A DNA stretch of 64,000 bases from Vicugna vicugna (taxonomy: Eukaryota). Under the pieces are notes generated by a model. That model was not told the origin of the DNA and did not search any database. It worked only from the letters and a program-made list of their open reading frames with translations. Shown piece by piece: positions 61,820-64,000 of the stretch. Position numbers and translations under genes: made by a program. The stretch covers positions 585,349 to 649,348 of the forward strand of contig MU058478.1 in assembly GCA_013265495.1 (NCBI GenBank). The letters are read 5' to 3'. Position 1 is the stretch's first letter, and the number at the start of each line of letters is the position of its first letter.

Positions 61820-62729
61820 GTAATAATAATATTTGATGGGCTGTGGGTCTTCTAATTCCATATGAGCCTCAAATCTGGCTGTCTAATAATTTCTGGTTTG
61901 GGATTATTTTGATGTGCTACTACTTCAGTGGTTTGGAAGCTGCTGATGTTACAAGGTGATTGTTGAAAAAGAAGGTGGAGGAGGGGAGAGGGGCAGAACG
62001 AAGGAGAGGGAGGAGGAGAAGAGGAAGATGAAAAGGAAGAAGCCAACAATGACAATGGTGATGAAGATATAATAAAATATAGCTGCTCATTCTAAAAAAA
62101 AAAAAATAAGAAGAGGGGATGTAATATGACCCCATTTCAGTTTTGAATGTTTTTCAACTGCCAGAGGACTTCAAGGACTCATGCAAAACACCTAAATAAA
62201 TCTGTGATTCCCTCTGGAGTGAAAGGCACACTTGTTTGGGGGATTGGGGAGGGAGAAATTGCAACTTTCACTTTTTGTTTTGCACGTGATGGAGGGATGC
62301 CACCAAGAACCTCACGTCCTGTGCTCCAATGTAACCTGAGTTAGGGTGCCTGTGGTTCCTTCCAGTGCCATCAATGAGTAATTACAATTTTAGATAAATA
62401 ACCATTATCATTGGGCTCTGCCCTGCATGGGAGGTACCACCGAGCGGTTGGCATTAATAAGAAAAACTATAGCTCTTCTGTGCAAATGCTGGTGTCACCA
62501 GAGAGAGATGGAGACGTTACAGGTGCTCCTGAAGGAGGAGCTAACACCAAGTAGAACAGCCCTAACCCGGCATGGGGTGGGGGACTGTCATGTCCCTTCA
62601 CATGAGGAAACTTGGACTCAGCTGAGAAGCCCCAAGAACCATCCAGCCACTCAGCAGCACAATCTGAACTGAGATCCTATGCTGTGGTCCTCACTCACAC
62701 CAGCTCAACCATGGAGGGGAGCGTGCGCG

Positions 62730-62731
<2 letters not shown>

Positions 62732-62771
<40 letters not shown>
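62732..62771. repeat. (CA)n microsatellite, about 20 units
   Basis: Uninterrupted CA run. Confidence 0.97.
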
Positions 62772-62773
<2 letters not shown>

Positions 62774-63896
62774 GGGGGCTCTTTATGGAGAGAAAGCCCT
62801 TATCCAGGGCTCCCTTCTAAGGGTGGAGCATCAACAGGACCTCAGCTCTCAGGGTACGGGAGTGCAGTCACCTGTTCACCCCTCTGCCCACTAGACGGGC
62901 TGTGGACATAAGACCTTTATGGCGGCCATACTTGGGAGCTCTTTTATGGGTCAACGTCCCACTTTATGGCTCTTAGACGGAGGCAGAAACCACCTCTCAC
63001 TTTGGAAGTTCATGATGCCAGACAATCTCTTTCCCAAGGCAGAGACAGGTGGTCGGGGTTCATCACTCCTGTCCCCACCCAAGTTGGGACTAGAAAGCCA
63101 GTCATCCAAAGCCAGGGAAATTGCACGCCTGGAGGGAAGGGGTACCAGTGGGGGTGACACTCTCCCTTTTCTGCAGTTGAGGTGTCTCTCAGGGCAATAT
63201 CCCTTCCCCAGTGTGTTGGGTGTTGGTGGGAACCAGTGGATTTGGGGCCACGCAAAGCAGGGAATGGAACATTCAGGAGATTTGACTCATAATGTGATTT
63301 GAGACTTTGAGTTTTGACATGGTCTTCAAACATGGCTCTCTTGGAAAGCCGCTCAATATTTTATGATCCATGACTCGTCTGCTGAGATTAAGCAAAGCCC
63401 ATTGCTGTAATTACCACCCAGATTAGCTGCGAACTGCAGATTTATTGAGTAAATGATAAATACAAAATCAATGGTCAGTTGTCAAGTTCTTCTTTGTTTT
63501 CCTACCCCTTGACAATGTCAAAGCAATTGCCTATGAACATAAAACTATATTTATTCCCTTCTGAGTTCCTGCTCCTCCATCAGCCGCAGAAAATAATGTT
63601 GAAGCTCCTGGTAATCCTAGACATGCTGAAAGCTCACAGCTTTAGCCCAATTCACATATTATGATGCCAAGTACTTTTCTTGACTCCTCCATTCTCCTTG
63701 TTCCTAATTCCACAAAGTTTTCATGTATTTATCACAAGGTAGCTGAGGGGATGGAGGGGGAATTCCCTTAGGTGAGTGGGCACAGTCTGGTAGAAATAAG
63801 AAATAGTCTGATCTGTGTTGAATCTCCAGCTCAGCCAGGAGCTGACGTGGAGAGATGCTATGTCTTATGTTGGATACTAATTTCTGTTTTATTCCA

Positions 63897-64000
63897 TTTT
63901 CTTTTCTTCTCTTTCCTTTTCTTTTTCCTTCTTTTATTTTCTTTTTTCCTTTCCTCTTTTCATCTTTTCTTTTTTTTTTAAATCGAAGTATAGTTGATTT
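63897..64000 (-). mobile_element. pyrimidine-rich tail and 3' terminus of an L1 running out of the window
   Basis: T/C-rich tail followed by TAAATCGAAGTATAGTTGATTT. Confidence 0.8.

Noticed and set aside
1..64000. CRISPR array, operon or horizontally acquired prokaryotic/viral coding system
   Set aside because: No repeat-spacer array and no gene-dense segment. All repeats are two-copy duplications, microsatellites or mammalian transposons.
1..64000. Inferring a host gene and its strand from repeat orientation
   Set aside because: LTRs are mostly on the minus strand but clustered and not independent, L1s are split about evenly, and no coding exon anchors a gene.

Overview
This is mammalian non-coding DNA, either intergenic or deep intronic, from a gapped draft assembly with four N gaps. 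The tRNA-derived SINE and the L1 3' UTR types point to a camelid (Camelus/Vicugna); this rests on my recall of repeat families, not a search. I found no host protein-coding exon, RNA gene or CRISPR array. Every ORF I can recognise is a decayed transposon fragment (L1 ORF2, Tigger1 transposase, ERV-L pol/dUTPase). The window holds many L1 3' ends (several with target-site duplications, two with inversions), seven SINE copies, and a near full-length Tigger1 interrupted by an L1. It also holds MER5/MER33/MER58/Zaphod-like DNA elements, MaLR and ERV1-type LTRs, and a nested ERV/LTR cluster at about 53.8-61.8 kb. Repeat-free stretches rich in transcription-factor motifs may be conserved enhancers. 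I could not support a previously undescribed biological system. The best leads are structural (L1 and SINE inverted pairs, an AT palindrome, tandem duplications) and regulatory (an RFX/TCF/ARE cluster, a possible recursive splice site, a possible LTR-driven transcript). Repeat family names are from memory and need confirming with RepeatMasker/Dfam.
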